Shown: piece by piece, positions 28,320-38,544 of the stretch | How positions within the stretch are numbered: the stretch's first letter is position 1 | Layout: every line of letters begins with the position of its first letter | IMG/VR virus record: IMGVR_UViG_3300042914_003164 | Location: 32,001 to 96,000 of that record | Strand: one strand, 5' to 3' | From: a virus | Length of the DNA: 64,000 bases | The notes under the pieces: model-generated | Database searches by the model: none | Seen by the model: the letters and a program-made list of their open reading frames with translations, nothing else | What the model was told of the DNA's origin: nothing | Program-made: the position numbers and the translations under genes

Positions 28320-31300
28320 GTGCCTGCTCTCGCCCCGTCCGACTCAAGCGGTTTCATAAACGACGCCGAAGACCAAGGAGCGGTTAAAGAGCAGCTTGGC
28401 GTACTGGTTGATATGCTGCGCCAAATTGGCGGAAACGCCAATGTAGTTGCTGGTGCTCTTGAGCAAGCCGACCCCCTTTCCTCGCCTTTCACTCTTTACG
28501 TCAACCCATATATCGGCTCAGACAATTTTGTAGGCGGATCTTACAACAGCTTTGAGGCTGGCTCGACCGACGAAGAGATTATTGCGAGCAAGCTCAAAAG
28601 AATTGAAAAGCAAAGGCTTGAGTGCGGCTATACCCCATATAGACCGTTCAAGAGTATCAACAGGGCCGCAATTGAAGCAGCGATCATTACGAGCAAGGAA
28701 TGGTACACCTATTCCGATCCGAAGGCTCATGTTGACTGCGTAACGATTGTTTTAAGCGGTGGCGTTCACATTGTCTACAACAATCCCAGCAGCAGCCCTA
28801 CGGGTCTGGCGAGCTGGGGGGAGTCAAAGACACCAACGATTGAAGAGCTGATAGCTTTCAACCCTGTTACAGGTGGTGTACTTCTTCCTCGTGGCTGCTC
28901 GATGTATGGGCAGGATCTACGCAAAACAACCATTCGCCCCAACTGGGTTCCAGCTGCTGTAGACGAAGCCGCAGACTACAGCAATCGCAGGGCGATTCTG
29001 AAGGTAAGCGGAACCGGATTCTTTTTCAATGCTACCGCCATGGACAAGGTGGGGCATACGGAATCCGTTCACCTGCTTGATGTATTCCAGCCGGGGAGCA
29101 AAGCAGAGCTTGATGCCTTCTACCTGAAGATTGCATCCGCTGTTGGCTCTGGCGCTGATCTTGCAAACGGGCTTCTTGTTACCCGCCCAAGCGAGCACGA
29201 AATCGTAGGCCCCATCAATCAGGCACAAGCGCCCACCTCCAGCTGGGATACCACTGCTGGTGCATCGCCTTACATTTTCAATTTCTCTGTTCGTTCTGAG
29301 TATGGAATGGGCGGTGCATTCTGGGATGGTGACAAGATAAGCGGCTTAAAGTCAATGGTTTGCGCTAACTTCACCGGCACAAACCAGCAAAAAGACCTGA
29401 GGTGCTGGCAAGTTTACGAAGGTGGCAACTGGGTTACTCTGACAAATTCCAGCCAAGATTACCAAAAATACATTGATACTTCACCGGACAATTTAAGAAG
29501 GAATCCAGCTCGTACGACCCGTCATATCTCCGCTATCAATGATGCCTATATCCAGAAGGTATCCATCTTTGGGATTGGCCAAGGCGAAGTCACGCTGGCT
29601 GACAACGGTGGCGAGATTACAGATAACGGAGGCAATTCTACCTTTGGTGGCTGCAGCGCCATTGCCAAGGGTTACAAGCGTGCAGCTTTTGCAAAAGATA
29701 AAAACTGGACCGTAGGCCGTATCAGGGTCCCCCTTAACCTGAGCGAGAAGCTGGGGAATCTTCGCAGGATATATCTTGGTGTTGTCGCCAGCGTAAGTAG
29801 TTCGGGGATCACCCTTACCAGTGGTCTTGCAATCGACGCCAGTTCAGCGACGACCCCGGCTGTCCTGCTTGCCGATGGCTACACCCTGGCCAGTGGCTCT
29901 CGAATCTGGATCGACAACCCCAACGGCCCGGACTGGAGGGCCACGCTGACCGGCTCTGCCTGGAGCAGCTCGACGCCTGCGGTGATCAACACCACCGGAG
30001 AGCCCCTTCAGGCCACCACGAACGCCCCTGCGGGCACTGCCGCTGTTGGCAGGCGGGTCTACATTCGCCGGGTCGTTGACACCCGTTCAGTGGCCGAGCG
30101 GAGGGTGTCCCTCCTACTGAACAACACCGCCAGCGCTCGACTGCCCCAGCGCGATTCGGTGCTCCAGACGGATCCCGCTCGATCTGGTGGTGCGATCAGC
30201 CGCGTCCTCGCACCTGGCGGCGAGGAGGTTCTGATTGTTTCTGGCGTTGGCGTTGGCGAAACCCCTGGCAGCGGGGTTGCGAAAACGGCTGAGATAACAA
30301 TTCGTCGCGGCGCTCCCAGCAAAGCCTATGATACAAATGCAACTTTTTACCGGCAAGGGACTGTAGTTCGCCACCAAGGTAAGCACTGGCAAGCAAAGAA
30401 CGATCTGATCAGTTCTGGTGCATCGCCTGATCCGCGATTCTGGGGTGAAGTGTTTGTTCACATGCCAAGCGCCTTCAACCCAGAGGATCCGATCAGTCAA
30501 GAAACTCCGATTTTGGTACTCGACACAGATACCAGCGACAGCGAAGATTCGACAACCCTTGGTATCAACTGGACAACCGCATGGACGGCTGCGGGTCCAA
30601 TCCGTGACCAGTATCGGGCAAGTACCGACTACCTCGGGGCGTACGCTCTTTTGCGTGCCCTCGGCTTTACAGAATCTGCGGCGCACAACGCACTTGTGCC
30701 AAAGGTTCAGCAAGTCCGTGAGCTGGATCCCTCCAGTTCGCTTGATTTTCCTGTCGCTCCCGCTGGTGGAGCTACTACTGGACTTGGCAGCTGGGCGGTG
30801 GAGTTTAGAAGGCCGTCAACAATCCGCCTCTACAACCATCAATGGGAGTGGGCTGGATACGGAAACTACTCAAAAGCAATGCCTGCCGTCCAGCAGGACA
30901 TGAGTGAATTCAACAAATTCACCTATTACTTTACAAACGCTTTTGGCGGCAGAGTAGTTCCAAAAGGCAGTAACGAAGACGGCTACGAGGTTTCGCCGCG
31001 TGGCCTCGAAGATATTGCGACCGGATCAACCATCAGCCCAGAGGATCTTGGCGGTCTTGGTATTGACGATGCCCAAAGAACTGACTTCCCAAATGGCATC
31101 CAGGTCGGCGCAACGGCCTTAGTGCAGGATCTTGAGATAAGCGGTCTTGTAACTTATTCCGATCAATCGCTTGCGAAGACCACCAGGAATGGTGCTGTTC
31201 AGCTTGCCAGCTACGAGGAGCTAACGGAGACCACCGACATCCCCATTGCAGGCAGCGATGCCTCGATTGAGGCACTGCCTCATGTTGTGACAATTGGCGG

Positions 31301-32954
31301 CCTTAATCGTTGGACAATTACTCAAAGCCTGATCAATGCCAGCACCGATGTAATTCCTGTTTACGTTCGGCAGGGAGCGACTAACAGAAACCTTGACCAG
31401 ATGCTGGAAAATCCGCCAACTGACAAGGCATTCGCTGTTCCAACCTTGGCTAGGGCGGCTGAGTACGCCAACGCCATAATCGGAAGCGGGAATCGCACCG
31501 CAGAGATCAGGATTGCAGCCGGCCTTTACAGTCCTGGGTCGGTCTGGGAATGCAATGTCAAGTTTGTAGCATGGAACGCAGACCACACTGCGGTCAAATG
31601 GGCAAGCAACAGCCTTGGCACCAATAGTACGCCAAACAACTATTTTGATGGCACTGGTTACTACGATTTAGATGGATTCGACGACTTTACTTGTGTAAAC
31701 TTCCACTCTTTTGCGATTAGTCTTGATTCCAACTCGGAATCCGGTGGCTCGCTTCAGGTAAACTGCATTCCGCTTAACATGCGATTCGCTCGGGGTTTTG
31801 ACTTTGAGGGCGGATTTCACTTTCTTGGCCTACCGCACGTCATCCGTGCGGTAGCCGAAGGTAGGCTGGCGGCTACCGATCTTGTTTACAATTCTACTGG
31901 ATTTGTCTATCCGCCGACAAGTTCTTACACGACAAACACAACCACAAACGTAGACACCTTGCTCAATGAAATATGTAAGGCAAACAATAGGAATCCCGAC
32001 TACCGACCTTATACTGCAAGCCACCTGTTTGTAATTCTTGGTGGCAAATCTGATACCTGCGTTATCAGGGATTGTGTATTTGGCCCCGGCCTGCCAAGCC
32101 GAAAAGATTCGCTCGGGGGGACCCGTGGGGCACTGATCGCTATCTATGGTGACAGCGAGCCAAGTATCAGAAATATCTACATCGCTGGCGCAACCAAGGT
32201 CACAACAGCTGGAATGTTTGCCGGTGTAGCGGGAACCCCGGCACCCCTGCCGCAGGCTGGAAATGCTCACTATGGCGCATCGTCTGTAACACAGCCATGG
32301 GAGTGGCGACAAAGCTACCACACCTTTATTGGTGTCGATCCAGGCGAATATGGTGATATTAGCCTACGCCTTGGCGGCGGGACAAGTCTTCGATACAATC
32401 TCGGAAGCTCTTTTAATACTTTCTCCTACTATCGGGATGGAACTGGCAAGCTTCTGCCAAACCACATTCACCTAGTAAGCAACCCCTACTTTGATCAGTT
32501 CATACATGCTCCAGCCAACTTCAACACAAAAGGGGTGTGGCAGAGCGTTGGTGAAACGACCAGCACCCCAGGCCCACGGCTTCAGGGCTTTGTGGGGAGT
32601 TTTGGGGCGAACTCCTACAACTCTACCAAGACTCGTGGTGTGCTTGGCGGAAACATTGGTGTTGAAACGCCGGAGACGGGATTTACTTTTAGCCTTTCCC
32701 CCGGTTCCGCCGCCAACAGCGGAAAGAGTATTTTCCAGGTTGCCGGGATCGCCCAAGCTGCAGCCGACTCGACCGCCAGGCCAGATTTCGACTCTGTGAA
32801 TGCGACTGCTCCGGGCGAGGGCTATCCAACTGGCGACAATCCCGTGATAACGTCCGATGGCAGCAAGGGTATCAATGTTGCTCTGCGCAGCTACAGGCTC
32901 GGCATTAGCGTGAACCGCGCTATTACCATTCCGTCCTTCAACACCGTTCTTTGA
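28320..32954 (+). CDS. large tail fibre/tailspike protein
   Basis: 1544 aa; LYVNP.IGSD, PFKSINRA, LPRGCS..G.DLRKT.IRP beta-helix-type motifs. Confidence 0.75.
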   Translation: MPALAPSDSSGFINDAEDQGAVKEQLGVLVDMLRQIGGNANVVAGALEQADPLSSPFTLYVNPYIGSDNFVGGSYNSFEAGSTDEEIIASKLKRIEKQRLECGYTPYRPFKSINRAAIEAAIITSKEWYTYSDPKAHVDCVTIVLSGGVHIVYNNPSSSPTGLASWGESKTPTIEELIAFNPVTGGVLLPRGCSMYGQDLRKTTIRPNWVPAAVDEAADYSNRRAILKVSGTGFFFNATAMDKVGHTESVHLLDVFQPGSKAELDAFYLKIASAVGSGADLANGLLVTRPSEHEIVGPINQAQAPTSSWDTTAGASPYIFNFSVRSEYGMGGAFWDGDKISGLKSMVCANFTGTNQQKDLRCWQVYEGGNWVTLTNSSQDYQKYIDTSPDNLRRNPARTTRHISAINDAYIQKVSIFGIGQGEVTLADNGGEITDNGGNSTFGGCSAIAKGYKRAAFAKDKNWTVGRIRVPLNLSEKLGNLRRIYLGVVASVSSSGITLTSGLAIDASSATTPAVLLADGYTLASGSRIWIDNPNGPDWRATLTGSAWSSSTPAVINTTGEPLQATTNAPAGTAAVGRRVYIRRVVDTRSVAERRVSLLLNNTASARLPQRDSVLQTDPARSGGAISRVLAPGGEEVLIVSGVGVGETPGSGVAKTAEITIRRGAPSKAYDTNATFYRQGTVVRHQGKHWQAKNDLISSGASPDPRFWGEVFVHMPSAFNPEDPISQETPILVLDTDTSDSEDSTTLGINWTTAWTAAGPIRDQYRASTDYLGAYALLRALGFTESAAHNALVPKVQQVRELDPSSSLDFPVAPAGGATTGLGSWAVEFRRPSTIRLYNHQWEWAGYGNYSKAMPAVQQDMSEFNKFTYYFTNAFGGRVVPKGSNEDGYEVSPRGLEDIATGSTISPEDLGGLGIDDAQRTDFPNGIQVGATALVQDLEISGLVTYSDQSLAKTTRNGAVQLASYEELTETTDIPIAGSDASIEALPHVVTIGGLNRWTITQSLINASTDVIPVYVRQGATNRNLDQMLENPPTDKAFAVPTLARAAEYANAIIGSGNRTAEIRIAAGLYSPGSVWECNVKFVAWNADHTAVKWASNSLGTNSTPNNYFDGTGYYDLDGFDDFTCVNFHSFAISLDSNSESGGSLQVNCIPLNMRFARGFDFEGGFHFLGLPHVIRAVAEGRLAATDLVYNSTGFVYPPTSSYTTNTTTNVDTLLNEICKANNRNPDYRPYTASHLFVILGGKSDTCVIRDCVFGPGLPSRKDSLGGTRGALIAIYGDSEPSIRNIYIAGATKVTTAGMFAGVAGTPAPLPQAGNAHYGASSVTQPWEWRQSYHTFIGVDPGEYGDISLRLGGGTSLRYNLGSSFNTFSYYRDGTGKLLPNHIHLVSNPYFDQFIHAPANFNTKGVWQSVGETTSTPGPRLQGFVGSFGANSYNSTKTRGVLGGNIGVETPETGFTFSLSPGSAANSGKSIFQVAGIAQAAADSTARPDFDSVNATAPGEGYPTGDNPVITSDGSKGINVALRSYRLGISVNRAITIPSFNTVL

Positions 32955-32957
32955 GCC

Positions 32958-33137
32958 ATGCTTCCATCTGATCCAAATTACGTTCCCCTCGGAACCAGTC
33001 CCGAAGCACTTGCATCGCCGCTTTACGCTTCTCTTCTCGCTCAGGGTATCGACCCCTATGCAAGTCACTCCATCGACCAATCGTTGATTGATGCAATCGA
33101 GAAGGATGGCGGCAGCGCTCTTGCTGTATCGGGGTAA
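32958..33137 (+). CDS. small hypothetical protein (59 aa; not in ORF track)
   Basis: ATG 32958 to TAA 33137, MLPSDPNYVPLG... Confidence 0.5.
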   Translation: MLPSDPNYVPLGTSPEALASPLYASLLAQGIDPYASHSIDQSLIDAIEKDGGSALAVSG

Positions 33138-33196
33138 TGGCCATGGTTCCGACCCTCAGCCAGAGCTAAGCTTATCTGCATCAGGAGCCCAAGGCA

Positions 33197-33829
33197 GTGA
33201 TTTACCCAGCAACCCTCAACATTGAGATACTGCAAAACTCTACCTTCAAGGTGGTGTTCAGGGTTCTTGAGCGGTATCAACCAGTAAAGCTTCTTGATAT
33301 TGTTGGCGGGAACCCATTCTTCAGTGTTCCATGTCACAAGCTGACTGCTAACACTAAGGTCGTCTTTGTTCCAATTGGCTCTGGATCTGCCAACCTGCTT
33401 TCCGACTCCCTCGATCCAGATATACCCTGCGGGATCAACCTTAATTCCGTCTATTTTGTCAGCTCAACGGGCTTGACAGGTGATGTTTTCACCGTATCAG
33501 CGACAAGTGGTGGTTCGCCAATTACGGTATCTGAAGAATGTTGCGAAAACCCCGCTATATGGGTTGGGCAGCCAAGTAATCTAACAGGTTATACACTTGA
33601 CGCTGACCTCGTTGATCCTGTCACCGGGACACAGGCGGCAACATTCACCTGCACGCTTGAGGATGCGGCGAATGGTCTTGGCAGTGCATCTATGACGCCA
33701 GCCGTGACTTCACCACTGCAAGTGAAAGACTACGTGTGGGACCTCTCGCTAACAAATACCAGTGGTGAAAGGTACTATTATCTCACTGGCGCAGCACCAA
33801 TACGACGGACGTACTCCCGTAACACCTGA
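33197..33829 (+). CDS. virion structural protein (BppU-like Ig fold)
   Basis: PATLNI.I.Q.STF...NLTGY...YVWDL..YYLTG. Confidence 0.6.
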   Translation: MIYPATLNIEILQNSTFKVVFRVLERYQPVKLLDIVGGNPFFSVPCHKLTANTKVVFVPIGSGSANLLSDSLDPDIPCGINLNSVYFVSSTGLTGDVFTVSATSGGSPITVSEECCENPAIWVGQPSNLTGYTLDADLVDPVTGTQAATFTCTLEDAANGLGSASMTPAVTSPLQVKDYVWDLSLTNTSGERYYYLTGAAPIRRTYSRNT

Positions 33830-35118
33830 TGACAGCTATTGCACTTACAGAGATTGTTCAGCCGCTTATAGCAGCAAATGAGGCTGCAAGTGCTGAGACA
33901 GCAACCGTCAACGGCGAGTCTGTAGCGACTGTTGCCAACGCTTCATCGGTAGCCCAGCTTTCCGTCTCTCCAGAAGGCAATCAGATTGACGTTACCACCG
34001 AAGGAGCTTCGGAAGTTGCTGTTTCGGTGGCAAATGTAGAAGACGCTGCAATGGCGGCATTGGCACCATCCAAGATGGTCGTCGTTGCGATGAAGGGGGG
34101 TATCGGGGCTGACGGCGGCGATCAATCAATTAGCCTGCAGACCCTTGAGTACACTACCGCGAGTTTATCACCCGGCAGCACAGAAGATTTTATCCTAGAG
34201 TCAAGTCCGCTATTTGATCTTCTGACGGTATTTTCAGCTTACCCGGCATGGATTCGTGTTTACGGCACGAGCGCTGCCAGGGCAGCTGATACACGAACCA
34301 GCCCAGGCGGAACACCGCCAGCAGCCGGAACAGATTTCTACGCGGAGGTTGTAACAACACAATCGCGCAAGACCATTCGACTCTCTCCAATTCCTATGAT
34401 ACAGGGAACGAATGGTCAAGTTTTTCTTCGCGTAGCTAATTTGGACACCCAAAACAGGGAAATTTCACTCACCCTAAATACCTTGCAGTATAGCATACCT
34501 AGTGGGCCGCCGGAGCCGCCGGAGCCGTCATCTGCTTTTTATTGGGATGAGTTCCTAGTGGAGTCCACGGGGAATGAAAACGTAGTGGGCGCAGCGGAAG
34601 ACGCTACGGCAACGACCCTTCTGGGGCAGCCAAGCGTATCCGCAGAGCAGGTGCAAGTATATATAGAAGAAGGACTAATTGAATCCGGTCAAGGCTCTGA
34701 TTTTACTTACGAATGGTTTGTGTCTGGTATTGACTCGCTTAATTCAGCGCAAGAAGAATATGTGCGCATTGCTGTACGAAATAGCGACAACAGCCAGGCA
34801 AGCGAACTGGGAGTCGCAGGAAGCAAAGCAATAGCGGGAAAATCGCAACCGGGATCCTACGATGAATCATCAATCCAGATGGACCTAACCGGGATGGTTC
34901 ATTTGTGCATACAAAGAGTCGGCAATATGTATTATTTGCAAGCCAAGGGCCAGCTTGTTGATTCTTTTTCTAACACAATTTCAGGCTTTTCCTTGTCTGC
35001 GTTTTATAGCTCGGCCACCAACGCTGCAACTTTTGGCCAAGGCCGTTTTACCTCTGGCGCCGCCCTCTACGGCACCGGCAACTTCACCCCGCCCACCGAG
35101 GCGTTCTACTCCCCCTGA
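33829..35118 (+). CDS. virion protein with C-terminal LamG/ConA-like domain
   Basis: PEPPEP linker; HLCIQR.G...RFTSG.ALY..NFTPPT. Confidence 0.6.
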   Translation: MTAIALTEIVQPLIAANEAASAETATVNGESVATVANASSVAQLSVSPEGNQIDVTTEGASEVAVSVANVEDAAMAALAPSKMVVVAMKGGIGADGGDQSISLQTLEYTTASLSPGSTEDFILESSPLFDLLTVFSAYPAWIRVYGTSAARAADTRTSPGGTPPAAGTDFYAEVVTTQSRKTIRLSPIPMIQGTNGQVFLRVANLDTQNREISLTLNTLQYSIPSGPPEPPEPSSAFYWDEFLVESTGNENVVGAAEDATATTLLGQPSVSAEQVQVYIEEGLIESGQGSDFTYEWFVSGIDSLNSAQEEYVRIAVRNSDNSQASELGVAGSKAIAGKSQPGSYDESSIQMDLTGMVHLCIQRVGNMYYLQAKGQLVDSFSNTISGFSLSAFYSSATNAATFGQGRFTSGAALYGTGNFTPPTEAFYSP

Positions 35119-35123
35119 TCATC

Positions 35124-36185
35124 ATGGCCTGCACCAAGGAAACCTACACCGCTACAGCAACCTGGACTGTATCGCAACTGGCCGATTTGTTCCGCGATGC
35201 GTTTATTGATGCTGGGCTGATGACAGCATGGTTCGATTCGTTCCTGAGCGACAGCATCGAGAATCGGATTCTGGAAGTCACCTACGACGGGACCAAGACG
35301 TATGGCAAAACTTACTACTGGTTCATGTTTGCCACTACTGGCGTGTGGTTGCATGTGGCGACAGGGTGGAATGCTGCGACGGATCAGCCAACTGGCACGC
35401 AGTATCTGGACTTCTTCGCCACCACGACAAACGCAACAGCCAACCACTGGCAGATGCTCGCTGCTGCTACGACCAACACCGTGGAGCTGGTGCGCTACAC
35501 CAGTGGCGTGGATGCGGATCAGAGCTGGTTTGTGCTTAAGACTAGCGCAACCAGATTCTGTTTTACCATTGTGAATGACGCCATGACAGTGCAGCCGTGG
35601 ATGGATTTGGCGAAGGGATTTTTTGCTGGGTTTAGTTGGGTTCTCCCCTACTGCGCTGGCCCTTCAGCAACAAATCGCAGATTCGGAACATTGACCTTTG
35701 TACGAGGCCCCGGCCTCAGGAGGGATTTGACTGCTGGCACGTTTTTGAATGGGGTCACTGACGCAAGCGCTTACAGCTTGCAAACTGCACGCATAGGTAC
35801 AATTTGTTATGGAGCGGTTGGCAACCAATCAAACCAATTTACATTGAACAGCGACGCCTTTGACACGACCGGCGCTAGTGCAATAAGCGCTTCCTTCGGA
35901 GCCCGCCCCGGCGCCATCATCCTCCCCAATAACTTTAGCGGCACCAATCCCGCCTTCACCAGCAACAGCAATCCTGTATTTCACAGTATGCCGTTCATGC
36001 CATACATCTCTGAATCGCTGCCCGCTGATTTTGGCCTGACCTTCCACTACGCCACCAACTCATTTAGCCAAGGCGACACGTTCGTGGTCAGCGCTAGCAC
36101 TGAGGAATGGGAGGTGCTGGACTTTGCCGCTAACGGCTCTGCTGTGACCGGCGCCTCTCCGCTGTTCCTCGCCCGGATGGTCTGA
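35124..36185 (+). CDS. putative virion structural protein
   Basis: Thr/aromatic-rich beta protein in the fibre cluster. Confidence 0.6.
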   Translation: MACTKETYTATATWTVSQLADLFRDAFIDAGLMTAWFDSFLSDSIENRILEVTYDGTKTYGKTYYWFMFATTGVWLHVATGWNAATDQPTGTQYLDFFATTTNATANHWQMLAAATTNTVELVRYTSGVDADQSWFVLKTSATRFCFTIVNDAMTVQPWMDLAKGFFAGFSWVLPYCAGPSATNRRFGTLTFVRGPGLRRDLTAGTFLNGVTDASAYSLQTARIGTICYGAVGNQSNQFTLNSDAFDTTGASAISASFGARPGAIILPNNFSGTNPAFTSNSNPVFHSMPFMPYISESLPADFGLTFHYATNSFSQGDTFVVSASTEEWEVLDFAANGSAVTGASPLFLARMV

Positions 36186-36412
36186 TGGCGACGATTAACC
36201 AATCCCCTGCAGGTCAGGCCAGCGTCACACTCTCGGGGATCAGCTTCAACGGCATCACGGCCACCGCTACGCCGGTTCGCACTGGCCTGCGGCTCGCTGT
36301 TCAAGGCGGGAGCTTTGCGGTCAATCTTGGCTGTTCACCCCAACCACCCGGCCCAACTATTCCCACCACAGGCCAGATTTGGCCTTTGGGTATCCCTGTT
36401 GTAACTGCTTGA
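36185..36412 (+). CDS. small structural protein
   Basis: Stop/start overlap; ends P.TGQIWP. Confidence 0.55.
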   Translation: MATINQSPAGQASVTLSGISFNGITATATPVRTGLRLAVQGGSFAVNLGCSPQPPGPTIPTTGQIWPLGIPVVTA

Positions 36413-36454
36413 AAATTGGCACGGCTATGATTGACCTATCTATGGCAGGGCGCC

Positions 36455-36973
36455 ATGAGACTTCTCGGTTCAATTCTTGAATCCCCACTGCTAGGCTCCA
36501 TTGCCAACAGTGGAAGCCCTGCAATGAAACGGCAACCGAGCCTTGCCCCAACTTTCCTTGGCGGTGGCCTGCTCGCTGGCGTAACAGCATTCTTAATCGG
36601 AGGCTACAAAGTTGTTGACTGCGTTCGCTACCAAACAGCTCCCGGCCAATGCGATAAAGCCATTGATGCAAATGCTCCTGCCATAATCGGCGGTGCTGCT
36701 GCAATCTTCACTGGTTGGGGAGGCTTCAATACTTACAACAGAAAGCTACATGAAGATGATCCCGTAGCACCAGTGGTAGATAGACGAAGCCTTGCAACTG
36801 ATACGCCCGAGTCTGAGCCACTACAAAGCGAGCTACCAAGCAAAGAAAGCATCGAGAACTACATGGCGCTTGGTGCGACTCAAGAAGAGGCGGCCAGATT
36901 CTTTAGAACCACCAGATACCAGATTCGCAAAATCTTAAACAAAGAAAAATCTACCAGGGACCGGGGCCGATGA
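36455..36973 (+). CDS. membrane protein (holin-like) with C-terminal HTH-like motif
   Basis: Two hydrophobic segments; TQEEAARFFRTTRYQIRKIL; alternative start at 36524. Confidence 0.5.
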   Translation: MRLLGSILESPLLGSIANSGSPAMKRQPSLAPTFLGGGLLAGVTAFLIGGYKVVDCVRYQTAPGQCDKAIDANAPAIIGGAAAIFTGWGGFNTYNRKLHEDDPVAPVVDRRSLATDTPESEPLQSELPSKESIENYMALGATQEEAARFFRTTRYQIRKILNKEKSTRDRGR

Positions 36974-37284
36974 TTACTAAAGCATCAGAATTCTTAGCCG
37001 CTGGAACCATCGCATTTATCTGGCTGGGCCTACAGGAAGCGCTTATCAAACCTGCGGCCAAGAAGTTTTTCAAGCGAAAAGTCATCAAGTATGCACCTGT
37101 TGCGATGCAGTTCCTTGATGAGCAGATGCCGAGAATGATTGTCCAAAACGACGGCAAAACCATGGAGAGGTCTCTAATGGAAAGACTTGAATCAATCACA
37201 GGCGAAAGCTGGAAAAAGTCGGAGATTGATGAGTTTTTCTCGATCTATGATGCTCGTATCACAGCCGACAAACATCCGTCGTGA
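36970..37284 (+). CDS. hypothetical protein with N-terminal TM (lysis module)
   Basis: FLAAGTIAFIWLGL; coupled to endolysin. Confidence 0.55.
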   Translation: MITKASEFLAAGTIAFIWLGLQEALIKPAAKKFFKRKVIKYAPVAMQFLDEQMPRMIVQNDGKTMERSLMERLESITGESWKKSEIDEFFSIYDARITADKHPS

Positions 37285-38489
37285 CGAGCAAGATACCCAC
37301 CAACAACTACGTCAACCATTACGACAAGTATAAGGCTCATCACCGAGCCTTCTTCCAAGCAGTTCTCGACCGTGTTGCCGAACTGGACCCTGAAGCCCTT
37401 CAGCCTGGGGGCGACCTGAGGGACATCTGGGTAGCCGCTGTCGAGGCGAAGGCCCCATCACCCACCCCGAACGACATAGCGCCCGCTGGCAGCCCCCCTG
37501 GGGCTCCCGTGACGTGGGAGAGCATGATCGAGCTGGCCAGGGTAGCTGGAGCCCGCTACCCGGAGCTTGTGGCGGCTCAGGGGGCTCTGGAGTCGGACTG
37601 GTACAGAAAGCCCTCTGGCACGCACAACTACTTCGGCCTCAAGGGTTCTGGAACCACAAAGTCAACACAGGAGTTCATTGACGGCAAGTGGATCACAATC
37701 AAAGATGGCTTCCTCAACTTTGGCAGCCCTAAAGAGGCTGTTGAATACCTTGTCAGCAGGTGGTACAAAAACTTTAAGGACTACAAAGGCGTAAACAATG
37801 CGCCGACAAGAGAAGATGCCGCAAAGATGTTGAGGACGGAAGGGTACGCAACAGATCCTGAATACGACAAGAGCCTCGTTCGCATTATGAATGAAAGGGC
37901 TCCCGCTGCAAAGCCTGTTACAACAGCTCCTGTCAAGCAGGGCAGCTCCCAGCTTATCGTCATCCCAGGTGCCGATGGGCCAAAGAAAACACCAGCCGAT
38001 TTCGGCTTCAAGCCTGGCGATTTCCATGTTGTTGTCAATGATATAAAACAGGAGGCCACGGCTTTCGATCATCAAGGCAAACAGCTATGGAACGTGAAAG
38101 CACTGGCAAGAGGGGCTGGATCCGATTACGAATATCGCCACAAGAACACTGATACGCCTCCCGGCATTTATAGGATCGGCCAGGTCTATAAAGATTATGA
38201 ACAGGCTGGTGAAAAGCCCGCCTTCAATCAAACCCTAATGTCTTACGGGTGGTACAGCTTTGACCTTGTAGAGCTTGAGAATCAAGAGGCTAAATATGGT
38301 AGAGCTGGAATCATGATTCACGGTGGCGGAAGTGCTTGTGGCTGGCCCGGTGCTTGGGCTCCGATGCAGCAGCTCTTCTCCACTCACGGCTGTATTCGGA
38401 TGCACAACCTTGATCTCCGTGATAAGCTCCTGCCGCTCACTAAAAGCGGAGCCGTATTTGTAAGCGTCTTCCAGGAGAAGCTTGGCTAG
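37281..38489 (+). CDS. endolysin: GH73 glucosaminidase plus L,D-transpeptidase (YkuD)-like domain
   Basis: AQGALES, NYFGLKG, GYATDPEY (GH73); DTPPG, IMIHGG...THGCIRM (YkuD). Confidence 0.85.
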   Translation: MTSKIPTNNYVNHYDKYKAHHRAFFQAVLDRVAELDPEALQPGGDLRDIWVAAVEAKAPSPTPNDIAPAGSPPGAPVTWESMIELARVAGARYPELVAAQGALESDWYRKPSGTHNYFGLKGSGTTKSTQEFIDGKWITIKDGFLNFGSPKEAVEYLVSRWYKNFKDYKGVNNAPTREDAAKMLRTEGYATDPEYDKSLVRIMNERAPAAKPVTTAPVKQGSSQLIVIPGADGPKKTPADFGFKPGDFHVVVNDIKQEATAFDHQGKQLWNVKALARGAGSDYEYRHKNTDTPPGIYRIGQVYKDYEQAGEKPAFNQTLMSYGWYSFDLVELENQEAKYGRAGIMIHGGGSACGWPGAWAPMQQLFSTHGCIRMHNLDLRDKLLPLTKSGAVFVSVFQEKLG

Positions 38490-38544
38490 GGAAAGTCGCC
38501 TCGGCTGGCCTGGCTAGGATCGGGGTGTTTACGCCTCGACTCCC

